Shown here one piece after another: positions 50,445 through 61,333 of a stretch of 64,000 nucleotides of DNA. The notes beneath the pieces are model-generated. The model was not told where the DNA came from. It worked only from the letters and a program-made list of their open reading frames with translations, and did no database searches. The stretch comes from an uncultured bacterium (lineage in GTDB: Bacteria > Babelota > Babeliae > Babelales > JACPOV01): the NCBI GenBank assembly GCA_963744715.1, contig CAVUUR010000012.1:96001-160000 (forward strand), given 5' to 3'. Each line of letters opens with the position of its first letter. Positions within the stretch are counted from its first letter, which is position 1. A program made the position numbers and the translations under genes.

Positions 50445-51434
50445 ATGAATAAGAATATACTTATCATAATAATTGTAGAGATTCTCTCAAACACGCTCCA
50501 TGCAGGATATATCACAACAACTAATATTCTCAAAAAACAAAGTAACATGTTAAGGCTTACCAAAAAAAAAATCAAAACTATGCCAAATTTTAATGCCATC
50601 AAAGATCCACTTCGAATAACTAATCTTGACCTTGCACATAATGAACTGGATACCCTTGATTTAAATCTATTAACAATGTTTGTAAATCTCAAAAATTTAT
50701 GGATAAACAACAATCAAATACAACGTATTATTCCTTTAACGGAGGGTTCAGAGTTACCATCGTTACGTCGTATTAATATTTCTTATAACAAGTTAACCAC
50801 ATTATCCTCGGTATCATTTGCTGGTTGCCCAGCACTGGAGGAGTTGTGGCTTAATAATAATAATATAACTACTATTGATACGTCGATTCCGATCAACAAC
50901 CTTCGAGAACTGCATTTAAATAATAATAATCTTTCATCGCTTTCACTATCTGATTTTGCTACTTTCCCATGGTTGTATATTCTCAACGTAGGATTTAATC
51001 GGATACAATCTATACATAGAAGCACCGCTCTCCATAAAAAATTAAAAGTTCTCTACCTGAACAACAATGCTCTTAGAGTAATTCCAGATTATGTTTTTAC
51101 CACGATGCCGCAACTCAAGGTCCTCTATTTGCACAATAATTCGATTGAATTATTACAACCATATTGTTTGGCTGGTTTGTATAATCTCATCCAATTATTT
51201 GCCTATAACAATCGCATTAAACACTTACCTCATAATGTTTTTAGCGATCTGAACAAATTATATATATTATATTTGCGTAATAATATGATAACAGATATCG
51301 AACCTGCATGTTTTTCAGGTCTGGATAATCTCGGCGTTTTAGATCTACTGCATAATAATTTTCAATGTAATGAACGTTGTTTACACACTATTATTGATGC
51401 TACATCACCCAAAATACATCTCATATATTCTTAA
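50445..51434 (+). CDS. Secreted leucine-rich repeat protein
   Basis: About 11 LxxLxLxxNxI repeats, several with eukaryote-typical 'F..L..L' linkers. Confidence 0.92.
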   Translation: MNKNILIIIIVEILSNTLHAGYITTTNILKKQSNMLRLTKKKIKTMPNFNAIKDPLRITNLDLAHNELDTLDLNLLTMFVNLKNLWINNNQIQRIIPLTEGSELPSLRRINISYNKLTTLSSVSFAGCPALEELWLNNNNITTIDTSIPINNLRELHLNNNNLSSLSLSDFATFPWLYILNVGFNRIQSIHRSTALHKKLKVLYLNNNALRVIPDYVFTTMPQLKVLYLHNNSIELLQPYCLAGLYNLIQLFAYNNRIKHLPHNVFSDLNKLYILYLRNNMITDIEPACFSGLDNLGVLDLLHNNFQCNERCLHTIIDATSPKIHLIYS

Positions 51435-51450
51435 CGATAAAGGAATCCTT

Positions 51451-52500
51451 ATGAAACTATGTAAATATATTATCCTCATGCATTGTTGCCTCATTAATGC
51501 AGATCAGCTCGATGAGTCAATAAGTGTATTTCTTGACTCAATGAAACCTGAAATTTATCAGGATATAAGCATTAATGGTGTTATCGTAAAAGAAGGTGTT
51601 AAAAATTGCGATAAACGGGAACCATATATTTATGAATTACTCGATAACTATAAACGTCCTTTTACAGTACTTGATATCGGCGCCTCTCAGGGACTTTTTT
51701 CAATAAAGATAGCACAGCGATATCCTCATGCACATTGTGTTATGGTTGAAGGAGATTCAACTAATCAATTACCAAAAATTTGTGAACTTAATAGCTCATT
51801 ATCAAATCTTATTGTTCTTGAAAAATTTATTACGGTAGAACAATTAATCGAACTTGGCCAATGTGAACATTTTGATGTTGTATTAGCATTCAATGTCATT
51901 CATCACTTTAAGGAAAAATGGCAGCAAGCAATTGACGCATTATTAACTTTAGGAGATCACATTTTAATTGAAACGCCACCGCGAGGTTGTCATACCGCAG
52001 CCAATAGCCCGATAATACCTCTTATCGAAGATTATCTTGATGCAAATGCAGCGGGCAAAATTATTGGTAAAGTTCCGCGATACGGTAGATTAGGATTACC
52101 GGGCCCCGATCAAAAATACGCCAATTTTTATCTTTTCCAAATGCATAAAAATGTTTTACCAAAATCAACGTGGGGATCATCTCATTTACGATATTATGCT
52201 ATTAATAGCACCTTTACTGAGAAAACATTGTTTAAACCACGCATCAATAAAATTATTGATTGGAAACCTGGCATCAATTTATGGACTTTTAAACATCTTA
52301 ATGGAAAATACCCGTATCGCTCACATATAAAAGATGAAATTGCACGATTATCACTCGTGCCACATAATGATTTTGTTCCATGGAATATTATTATACAAGG
52401 AAACAAATTGGAACTTATTGATTGGGAAGATAATAATTTTCAGGGGGACGCTAATAATGTAGATGTTTGTCTCAATCTTTTTGAAAAAAAATTACCATAA
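51451..52500 (+). CDS. Class I SAM-dependent methyltransferase with signal peptide and kinase-like tail
   Basis: VLDIGASQG, FDVVLAFNVIHH; C-terminal HNDFVPWN..LIDWE. Confidence 0.8.
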   Translation: MKLCKYIILMHCCLINADQLDESISVFLDSMKPEIYQDISINGVIVKEGVKNCDKREPYIYELLDNYKRPFTVLDIGASQGLFSIKIAQRYPHAHCVMVEGDSTNQLPKICELNSSLSNLIVLEKFITVEQLIELGQCEHFDVVLAFNVIHHFKEKWQQAIDALLTLGDHILIETPPRGCHTAANSPIIPLIEDYLDANAAGKIIGKVPRYGRLGLPGPDQKYANFYLFQMHKNVLPKSTWGSSHLRYYAINSTFTEKTLFKPRINKIIDWKPGINLWTFKHLNGKYPYRSHIKDEIARLSLVPHNDFVPWNIIIQGNKLELIDWEDNNFQGDANNVDVCLNLFEKKLP

Positions 52501-52503
52501 TAA

Positions 52504-52542
52504 AAAAAGAAGATGCAGGAAAATTTCCTGCATCTTCTTTTT
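52504..52542. terminator. Bidirectional intrinsic terminator
   Basis: AAAAAGAAGATGCAGGAAA-a-TTTCCTGCATCTTCTTTTT between convergent genes. Confidence 0.85.
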
Positions 52543-52551
52543 AAAAAAACA

Positions 52552-53811
52552 TTATCTACGTGATATCATTTTTTCAACTTCTTGCATTACTTTTCTCATT
52601 GCAGATTCCCAACAAGCATTTTCTTCTTGGCAAAGACGCATGCTGTCATACCAGCATGAACAATCATCACGTCCTGCAGAAAAATGCCATGTTCTAGCAT
52701 GAGGAACCATAACACATACTGGAATTTCAAGACCAGCAACCATTTGAGCTTCCATATTAGCACCAGCTATTACTAAATCAAGATTTTTAGCAACCGCCGC
52801 CATTTCAACTAAGCGATCACAAGAACAATCATATTGATCACAGATCATTCTTATACGTGATTCTGGCATCATTCACAGCAATCTGATTTTTCCATCTCGC
52901 AGCAATCTTTTCTTGCTTCGCAACATGGTCGACGCATATTTGGATTACAACATCCTGGGCGCATCTCTGGCTTGCAACATTCTTGACGTCTGCAAAGTTC
53001 ATCAACCATTGGGTCTTTATCTAAACAATAAATGCTAACGTTAGGCATCATCATTAATTTTCTTACCAAATCTTCCTTGCTAGCATTGTCACCACAACAA
53101 AGATCTTTAAAGCAAATACCTACTTTTACGTTAGTATCACAAGCTAAACAGCTTCTCCAATGTTCTTGACGAGCGCGATCACAGAACAAATGTTCATTTC
53201 TCATGCAAGGTGTTTTTAACTTGAGCAATGAAGGTAAACTCATAAGATGTACTTCATAATCTGCATCGCAAGGAGCATTTTTTGTAACATCATAAAAGTT
53301 TTCAGTAATAGTAATATCAGCTATAATGTTATCAATATATACATTAGCAGCAAAAAAGTTTATTACTGAATTATTAACTATTAACGTAATTGATCGAGCA
53401 CCACATTCTCTTAATGGCTTTAAAAAACGAGCATAGAGCATTATATCAACAGGATCTTGTGGGGCATACACTGCGATTGATTTACCACATAAATCCTCGC
53501 ATCTCCATTGTCTTGCCAAGAGGCTGTTCCTTCATCATGTATTCATGCATTATATCAAAGCCTCTGTTGCATTGAGAACACATCAAGTACGTTTGAGCTA
53601 ATTGATAGCATGCTTGTTTATGATTAGGATCTTTAGCACAAGCGCCTCTTAAACATGCAATTGCTTGCTTATACTTACCCGCTGAGCAATATTCTATTGC
53701 GCGGTTATATAAATCTTGTGCAGAATCTTCTCTTAATACAGGGCAATCTGCGTATAAGGCACTAGCAAAAAATACAACAGAAAATAATAAACTATTTTTT
53801 ATATACTTCAC
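52552..53811 (-). CDS. Cys-rich TPR plus glycosyltransferase-like (GT9-like) protein, split into three ORFs by two single-base indels
   Basis: W..EDLCGKSI.VY, LMSLP, KVGIC, NLDLVI, WYDSMRL..W follow the TPR-glycosyltransferase layout; frame joins near 53518 and 52870. Confidence 0.75.
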
Positions 53812-54125
53812 GTATATATACTCCTTTATTGTAGTTACAATATTATCCTCTTAATTTTTGGTAATAACGGTGTAGAAATCCTCCTTTTTTTAATAATCAA
53901 AAAATTAGACAACACATCATAAATTTTTCTATCAAACTATGCTGTATGACCATTGGTTCTGTTTTCTTAGAAGTCATCATACAAAGCACAGCAAACTATG
54001 TCAAAAAAATAAATGTGCCCTAAAAAAGCAATTTTTTACATTAATTCATGCATACTACTCTTGCTATTAAAAATCAATATTATTTATGGTTATTAACAAT
54101 TAAGTACATTGAACAAAGGATCCCC

Positions 54126-55502
54126 ATGATAAACCCAATAATATTTGGCTTTATATTAATGTTTTTGGCTATTGGCTGGTTTTGTATTTCAGTATATGTA
54201 GCACAAACTATAAAAACCATTAATGATTATTTTTTAGCCGGTAAAATACTCGGTACTATACCGGTAACCTTAACCTTGCTTGCAACCCAAATAGGTGCAA
54301 ATTTTTTAAGTGGCGTTGCACAACAGTCATACAACCTTGGTTATTACGGATTATTATATGCCTTAGCAACGAGCTTCGGGTTTATTATATTATCGCTAGG
54401 AATTGCTCGGCAATTAAAATTATTATCAATAGCAACTACGGCACAAATATTTGAGGTAAAATATAAATCAGTACTATTAAAAAAAATTGCTTCACTCTTT
54501 TCTATGGCCAGTCTATGGGGAATTTTAGTGGTACAAATCGTGACGTTAAACTCAATAACAACAACGCTGGGTATCACCAATCAATGGTATGCCTTATTTT
54601 TTTGGCTTATTATTGTCATCAATACCGTAACCGGTGGCTTAGGTTCTGTGGTTATCGTTGATATTATCAAACAAAGTTTTATTATTGGTACCTTTTTGGG
54701 TATTTTCCTCTATAGTTTTCTTACCAACGTTCATTCATTATCACATCTATCGTATCTCGTTGAAATTCAACAATTTTTTACTCCCGAACAAATATCGTGG
54801 CAACATCTTATCTCAACCTGCGTCATATCTTCATTTTTCTGTCTTATCCAACAGGATATTGCTCAATGTTTTTTTGCAGCACGAACAGCATCAATTGCTG
54901 CCCGATCGGCATTATATGCAACCTGTTTCTTACTTTTTTTTTGTTGGATGCCGGTCTATTTTGGCATGCAAGCAAAACTATTTGGAGCCCTTTACTCGTA
55001 TGAAGTAAATCCTTTAGCATTGTTTCTACAAAATATAGCCGGTTCGGCGATTTTTTTACTTATTATCATAGGTATCGTTGCAGCCATCACATCGTCAGCA
55101 AGTTCCTTGTTATGTGCTATTTCTAGTAATATCGTGCAAGATTTTCAATTGGCAAAGCATTATACTAACACTATTTTTTTATCCAAAACTATTACGTTAC
55201 TGGCCGGTTTAACCGGAATTTTTATTGCTTTCGCTGCACCAACGATCATTATTACCGCTTTATCACAAAGTTATAAACTCTATGTAAGTGCACTATTTAT
55301 ACCTTCAATAGCCGGATATCTCAGATCCAACGTTCAAATAGAACAGGCATGGGGAGCATTTTTAGGTGGAATTATTGGATTTTTTGTTTTTAATTTTTTC
55401 CCATTATTTATTAATCAGCTCATGCCATTACTCTGTTCGCTCATCGGCTATATGGCAGGATCGTATACTAAACCGTTTAAGCAGCTCTTCGCCAACGCGT
55501 GA
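54126..55502 (+). CDS. Sodium:solute symporter family transporter
   Basis: NDYFLAGK, LATQIG, TVTGGLGSVVIVD, QQDIAQCFFAA, AAITSSASSLL. Confidence 0.9.
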   Translation: MINPIIFGFILMFLAIGWFCISVYVAQTIKTINDYFLAGKILGTIPVTLTLLATQIGANFLSGVAQQSYNLGYYGLLYALATSFGFIILSLGIARQLKLLSIATTAQIFEVKYKSVLLKKIASLFSMASLWGILVVQIVTLNSITTTLGITNQWYALFFWLIIVINTVTGGLGSVVIVDIIKQSFIIGTFLGIFLYSFLTNVHSLSHLSYLVEIQQFFTPEQISWQHLISTCVISSFFCLIQQDIAQCFFAARTASIAARSALYATCFLLFFCWMPVYFGMQAKLFGALYSYEVNPLALFLQNIAGSAIFLLIIIGIVAAITSSASSLLCAISSNIVQDFQLAKHYTNTIFLSKTITLLAGLTGIFIAFAAPTIIITALSQSYKLYVSALFIPSIAGYLRSNVQIEQAWGAFLGGIIGFFVFNFFPLFINQLMPLLCSLIGYMAGSYTKPFKQLFANA

Positions 55503-55959
55503 CGATATGGCCAACTCTGTTGCCCATATCTTGAACGTAGGCGCATGTTTTTCTCCAAAAACCTTGTTCCTTTTGCATTTTTTCTTTTAAAAATTCTTGA
55601 TATGCTCCGTAACGAATAAGAAATCGTTTAATAGCATGATGCATATCTTTATCTTCAGAAAGAACTATTTTTTTGTTTAAATAAGGGCGTAGTTGATTTG
55701 CCCATCCAGGATTTTTAACTTCTAAACTATTACGTCCCAATTGTTCAAAAGAATCGAGATCTTTATGTAATAATGATCGTTTATTTTTTGTAGATTTTTG
55801 TTTATTCATCAACTCATGATAGTAAACGTCAAAGGCCACTCTATCTTCAACGTTAACAACGCGATTCTTGAAACCCTCGAAATGAGTATCCAGAAAATCT
55901 AACGGCAATATTCTTGCGGTACAAACTAATAAAGAACTTATGAGTATGTAATGTTTCAT
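55477..55959 (-). CDS. Hypothetical protein downstream of dnaA
   Basis: 160 aa ORF with signal-like N-terminus and GGGGAAG RBS. Confidence 0.7.
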   Translation of the reverse strand: MKHYILISSLLVCTARILPLDFLDTHFEGFKNRVVNVEDRVAFDVYYHELMNKQKSTKNKRSLLHKDLDSFEQLGRNSLEVKNPGWANQLRPYLNKKIVLSEDKDMHHAIKRFLIRYGAYQEFLKEKMQKEQGFWRKTCAYVQDMGNRVGHIVTRWRRAA

Positions 55960-55985
55960 TGCAACTTCCCCCTTTTTTACTATTC

Positions 55986-57368
55986 CTAATTTAAAATATT
56001 CTCTTTCATCCGATTTATGTGTTCATTAAAAGCATAATCAATTTGCATACGTTCCTGCACCTGCTTAAGGGCATGAATAACCGTTGAATGATCAGTTCTT
56101 CCTAAATACAGGGCTATTTCATGCAATGATTTATCGGTAAACGTCTTCATAAAATACATAGCAAGTTGGCGCACTAAAGACAACTGTTTGCTTCTATTCC
56201 TTGAACGTAAATCAGTTAAGGTGTAGGAATAATGGTTGCCTATTAATTTTACAATACGCTCAAAATCAATAGGAGTTTGTTGTGAATCTTGACTGCGTAA
56301 AACTTTTTTTGCAAGATCTAAACTAATTGATTGATTGGTTAGCGTTGCAAACGCGGTAACTCTGATGAGCGCTCCTTCAAGCTCTCTAATATTAGAAACA
56401 ACGCGTGAAGCAATAAAATGAGCAACGTCATCGGGTAGATGTTCATTATTCAAATCTGCTTTTCGTTGCAGTATAGCAATTTTTGTTTCAAAAGTAGGAA
56501 CCAATACGTCTGCAACTAATCCCCATGCAAGGCGAGAACGTAAACGCTCCGCTACTCCTTCCATGTCCGTGGGATAAGAATCGCTAGAAAATACAATTTG
56601 CTTATGAGCATCATATAAGGTATTAAAAATATTAAAAAAGGCCTCTTGCGTTTGCTCTTTATTGGAAATGCATTGAATATCATCTACCAATAAAACATCG
56701 ATGGCTTTATATTTCATCTGAAACTGATGCACTTTATCAAACCGAATTGCATTAATAAATTCATTTACAAATCTATCAGCAGGTTGATACAACACTTCAA
56801 TCTGTTTATTTTTTACTTTAAGCTCATTGGCAATCGCATGTAATAAATGTGTTTTGCCCAAACCCGAGCCGCCATAGATAAAAAATGGATTGTACAGTTT
56901 GCCTAATTTTTGCGTTACTGCATACGCGGCAGCATAAGCCATTTGATTATTAGGGCCAACAATAAACGTATCAAACGAATAATTTTTATTTAAATTATCA
57001 CGATTAGTGCTCACCGTATTTTTTACCAAACGACCAATTTTTTTCTCGCCGCGAGGAACGTGCTCAACAACTAATTGAGCAGGCACTATTTTTGCTTCGA
57101 TTTCTGGATTGGGTAACGCATCAATAAACGTTAATTTAAATGCATCAACGTTGAGTAGCCTTCCTAAATGAAAGTGCAGAATGGAAAGATAATTAGCATT
57201 AATCCATTCTTTAACAAATGAATTTGGCGCATGAAGATAAACTATTTTTTGAATTGAGTCCCACCTATAAAAAGAAACCGCCTTTAACCATGTTTCAACA
57301 ACACGGCTGCCTACTTCTTCTTTTACAATAAGTAAAAATTGTTCCCAAATAGTGTTAACGCTTATCAT
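55986..57368 (-). CDS. dnaA: Chromosomal replication initiator DnaA
   Basis: YNPFFIYGGSGLGKTHLL, LLVDDIQ, RLRSR, NIRELEGAL, RTDHSTVIHA. Confidence 0.98.
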   Translation of the reverse strand: MISVNTIWEQFLLIVKEEVGSRVVETWLKAVSFYRWDSIQKIVYLHAPNSFVKEWINANYLSILHFHLGRLLNVDAFKLTFIDALPNPEIEAKIVPAQLVVEHVPRGEKKIGRLVKNTVSTNRDNLNKNYSFDTFIVGPNNQMAYAAAYAVTQKLGKLYNPFFIYGGSGLGKTHLLHAIANELKVKNKQIEVLYQPADRFVNEFINAIRFDKVHQFQMKYKAIDVLLVDDIQCISNKEQTQEAFFNIFNTLYDAHKQIVFSSDSYPTDMEGVAERLRSRLAWGLVADVLVPTFETKIAILQRKADLNNEHLPDDVAHFIASRVVSNIRELEGALIRVTAFATLTNQSISLDLAKKVLRSQDSQQTPIDFERIVKLIGNHYSYTLTDLRSRNRSKQLSLVRQLAMYFMKTFTDKSLHEIALYLGRTDHSTVIHALKQVQERMQIDYAFNEHINRMKENILN

Positions 57369-57462
57369 TATATCTTGTAGTCCATTAAAAAAAATTATCT
57401 ACGATCTTGGCTTTTCAAAGCATTCTATCATGATCATAGATTCTTAATCAACCGGTTTTTTA

Positions 57463-58647
57463 TTAACTTTGTATAGTATGATTATAATACATTTCTATGC
57501 CTTTACATATCCCTTGCGCAATTAAATATTGATAATTATGATCAACAAGTTTTTTTGCCTCTTGTTGATTGGATACAAAACCTATTTCAATAAGCGCCGA
57601 TGGCATATCGGTTCCTATAAGAACTTGCGCCAAAGACTCATTGACGTTGCGATCAAGGACAACGTGCCGCTCGTTTACCTTATTAATAACGTTGTTATGA
57701 ATATTGCTTGCTAATAATTTACTTGCTTGATCAAGTTTTTTTGCATGCTCATTAATACTGTTTTGATAAGAAATAGTATCATGTAAAGAAATGCGTTTTA
57801 TATTTTCACGACAAGACCAATAGGTTTCAATACCGGATGCTTCAGATTTAGGAGCAGAATTTGCATGAATAGAAATAAAAATATCTGCATGATTATTGTT
57901 AGCAGATAATGTCCTCATATCTAAAGGGACGAACGTATCGCTATTACGCGTAAGCAAAACATTAAATCCTTTTTCACGTAATAAATCAGCAGTTTTTGAT
58001 CCGACGGCAAAATTAATATCCTTTTCCTTGATACCTTGAGCCGTTGTTCCATTATCCTTACCACCATGACCACAATCAAGCATTATTTTAACAAGATGCT
58101 TATCCTTTTTCTGAGCGGTATTATTACAGGCATACCGTAAAATTTTATCGGTTTTTTGTTTCATTTCTTCTAAAACAACTTTTTGGTGAAAATTAAATAT
58201 CAGCGCCTTGCGCATACTGATAGAATCAAAAACTGCATAATCACAAATAATCATGTTGGGGTTATACGCAATGGTTATTTTTATCCCATTGATTGGTTGT
58301 TTAACTTCAGTAAATCTAATACCGTACGAATCTTTTTTGACGTTATTAATAGTATTAATCATCTCCCTAGCATCTTTAGAACTAATTTGTGTCATAGGTA
58401 AAAAAAATACTATATTTTTCTGCGTACTTTGATCGGTACGTTGCGCGCTAGTTTCTGGTTTTTCCGGCAAATAATTACATATCGGATCACGAGAAAAATA
58501 ACAAACAACTTTATCCCCGAACATACCTTGATGGTGAAAAACTTTTTGTAATTGGTTCATAGATGATTCGCCGTATACGGTATGCATAACAAGAATAACA
58601 AATACGCTAATAATACTATTACCTCGAATATAATGAGTATTCTTCAT
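57463..58647 (-). CDS. N-acetylmuramoyl-L-alanine amidase (Amidase_3)
   Basis: LDCGHGGKD.G, EKDIN, FISIHANS, ALIEIGFVSN. Confidence 0.93.
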   Translation of the reverse strand: MKNTHYIRGNSIISVFVILVMHTVYGESSMNQLQKVFHHQGMFGDKVVCYFSRDPICNYLPEKPETSAQRTDQSTQKNIVFFLPMTQISSKDAREMINTINNVKKDSYGIRFTEVKQPINGIKITIAYNPNMIICDYAVFDSISMRKALIFNFHQKVVLEEMKQKTDKILRYACNNTAQKKDKHLVKIMLDCGHGGKDNGTTAQGIKEKDINFAVGSKTADLLREKGFNVLLTRNSDTFVPLDMRTLSANNNHADIFISIHANSAPKSEASGIETYWSCRENIKRISLHDTISYQNSINEHAKKLDQASKLLASNIHNNVINKVNERHVVLDRNVNESLAQVLIGTDMPSALIEIGFVSNQQEAKKLVDHNYQYLIAQGICKGIEMYYNHTIQS

Positions 58648-58825
58648 ACAATCTCCTTTGTTCCGCCATTAATTGGAAATGCTTCATAAAAAATATATCA
58701 CTTTTATTTGCAGATAGTCAATAAACAAAACAGAGACGTAGCCAATACGTGACAATTACCTTGTATTTAAAAAATAAGAATATTTTTTTGTTATTAATGA
58801 ATCATAAAAACTATTAAAAATACCG

Positions 58826-59854
58826 TTACTTATACTCAACGCGATAGGTTAAATGATGCGATCGTTCCCATGCCTCAAGAAACGCATCAAGATCATAACG
58901 AACATGAACTTTTTCATTCGTTTCAAAGGCTGGATCATGACAAATAACCTTTCTTCCTCGTGCATCCCAGCCAATAACTACTAAAAGATGTCCTTGATTA
59001 TAATCATGCGGTGCTCCCCTTAGTTTTCCTCGTACACTAACAACCACGGGAATTCCTTGTTGTAAAAGTTCATGAATGTTACTAAAAGAATGTAAACGCG
59101 TAACGTAACATATCATAGCACCATTACATGATTGAAAAATTTGTGCCGTATTAAAAGGCCAACTTCCGTAGGCATTAAGCCCATTGTCATACACCGATTG
59201 TGCAATATCAACAGGATTAGTTATGCCTCCCGTAAAATAACTGATAATCATGCTGCATGAAGTTGGCGAACACAGAACTTCTTTCTTTGGATGATCTAAC
59301 TGCATTTGCGATTGCAAAGGAATATTAGTAATACACACGGAAGGCAAATGAGGTTTCATACTATATTCTGTAATACATGAATTAAGATTTGCTATCGATA
59401 CAAAAAGTCCGTGTAATGTTGCCAAAGATGCCCCTTCATGCGCTTCTACTTTTATACGTAATCCATCCGCTAAGCAATAATAAGGCATTTCAATGCGAAC
59501 ATGATGGCATATGGTTCCCGTTTCTGCTCGTGTAAAAAATGAACGTTGCAGGGTACAACCCCATTCAATCATTTTATGCCAATCATGCCATTTTTTTGTT
59601 ACCGAATCACGGATTTGTCCCCAAAAAGTAAAATAACCGTATTCAGGCTTAAAACCATTCCATGAAAAAATAAGTTGAGAAAATTGCGGGGTGTTTACTT
59701 TAGAATATAACAAATTACGTTGATTATTAAGTGTTTTATGCTCTTGATCAGAAAATATTTTCTTATATACCCAATTCCATGATTCAGCACTATGCATAAT
59801 GCCATTAAACGCAAAAAAAACTATTATTAATGCATAGTGTATACGGTTAATCAT
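58826..59854 (-). CDS. Peptidase C39-like secreted protein
   Basis: QSQM...LCSPTS, YGSWPFN, GHLLVVIG, HDPA catalytic motifs. Confidence 0.85.
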   Translation of the reverse strand: MINRIHYALIIVFFAFNGIMHSAESWNWVYKKIFSDQEHKTLNNQRNLLYSKVNTPQFSQLIFSWNGFKPEYGYFTFWGQIRDSVTKKWHDWHKMIEWGCTLQRSFFTRAETGTICHHVRIEMPYYCLADGLRIKVEAHEGASLATLHGLFVSIANLNSCITEYSMKPHLPSVCITNIPLQSQMQLDHPKKEVLCSPTSCSMIISYFTGGITNPVDIAQSVYDNGLNAYGSWPFNTAQIFQSCNGAMICYVTRLHSFSNIHELLQQGIPVVVSVRGKLRGAPHDYNQGHLLVVIGWDARGRKVICHDPAFETNEKVHVRYDLDAFLEAWERSHHLTYRVEYK

Positions 59855-60112
59855 TACAATGCTCCCCTCAATACTAGAATACATCTGCTCGTAAACGTTC
59901 CCCCAAAAACCACAAAAATAGTTTTTAAAAATGTACCATAACGAGATCATACATTACCAGCACAAGGATTTTTATCTAAAAATAACCATTAAGCCCATAA
60001 TTGCCTACTTTTTATGCATAAATCTCTTATATCTTGAAAAAAACATTAAAATTTGTCAATAATATAATTATAAATAAAAAAAATAAATTCAAATAATGAA
60101 TTTGAGATAATT

Positions 60113-61333
60113 ATGATATATCGGCATATTCTTTTTATACTTGGCATCCACCTTTTTTCCCTACCAACCTATGCACAGCAAGCTCTTACTATTGTTCCGG
60201 TTGCAGATCTTATTGGTGAACCCTCAGGTGAACGCTTTACTGATGCACTGGTGGAGAATATTTACAAACAGTTACCCTATTGTGGAGAACGGTTACCCTA
60301 TAATTGCCAGCGCATTCATCAACTGTTATTCAATGAAATGGTAATCATTGAAGAAGAACGGGAAAAAGAGGTGCGCATTACCGTACCCAACGTTTTTTTC
60401 AATAAAGAATATGATACAACTCCCTATAACAGTTATTGGTCTTTAAAGAAAAATTTTATTACTACGGCGGCATTAAAAAAACATGGCCTCGATTTTTCTA
60501 CCATTCCTCAACCAATTAGCTACGAAAAACCTCGATCATTACAGCAACAACAAACCGTTGCACTTACTATACCTTATTACGAACCAAAATTACATATAAC
60601 ATTTTCTGCAGGAACTCGATTTATCAAGGCGGAAAATGGGCAAAATTCATCACACGTGAAAGTGTTTGTTCTTGATCCAAAAAAAATGACGATCGCCACC
60701 ATGTTCTTACCCAAAAAAATATGTATCACTCAGACCAGTAACCATGCTCAGCAACAAAAAATGTTCGTCGCATTAATTAGGCAATGGGCACACTTAAAAA
60801 ATGGTTTTATTCCTTATGTATGGGGAGGTTGCAGTTTCACGCATTATTATATTCATGACAATTTTATTACAAAACATGCACAAAAAAATTCTATAACATG
60901 GTATGAGCGGCCTCACTCTCCCCTAGGACCTCTCTCAGGCTTTGATTGTACAGGGCTCATTGCTCGTGCAGCGCAACTGTGCGCAATACCCTATTTTTTT
61001 AAAAATACTTCAACGTTGGCAAAACATTTAACCCCATTAACAACAAAAGATACGCTTAAAGAAGGTGATTTATTGTGGTTTCCAGGGCATGCCATCGTGA
61101 TAACTGATATAGCCCATAATTTAATTGTTGAATCGCGTGCTTATTCTCATGGCTATGGCAAGGTGCACGAAATTCCATTATGTAATGTTTTTAAAGATAT
61201 CAACAACTTTAGTGATATTCTTGATGCTTATTATAATAACAAACCGTTGTATCGCCTCACCAAAACTGGCACCGTGGCGCATATTATTCCTACGTTTAAA
61301 CTATTGAAGCTAGCAAGCGTTTGGCACCAGTAA
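60113..61333 (+). CDS. NlpC/P60-family peptidoglycan endopeptidase
   Basis: PYVWGG, GFDCTGL, GDLLWFPGH. Confidence 0.88.
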   Translation: MIYRHILFILGIHLFSLPTYAQQALTIVPVADLIGEPSGERFTDALVENIYKQLPYCGERLPYNCQRIHQLLFNEMVIIEEEREKEVRITVPNVFFNKEYDTTPYNSYWSLKKNFITTAALKKHGLDFSTIPQPISYEKPRSLQQQQTVALTIPYYEPKLHITFSAGTRFIKAENGQNSSHVKVFVLDPKKMTIATMFLPKKICITQTSNHAQQQKMFVALIRQWAHLKNGFIPYVWGGCSFTHYYIHDNFITKHAQKNSITWYERPHSPLGPLSGFDCTGLIARAAQLCAIPYFFKNTSTLAKHLTPLTTKDTLKEGDLLWFPGHAIVITDIAHNLIVESRAYSHGYGKVHEIPLCNVFKDINNFSDILDAYYNNKPLYRLTKTGTVAHIIPTFKLLKLASVWHQ

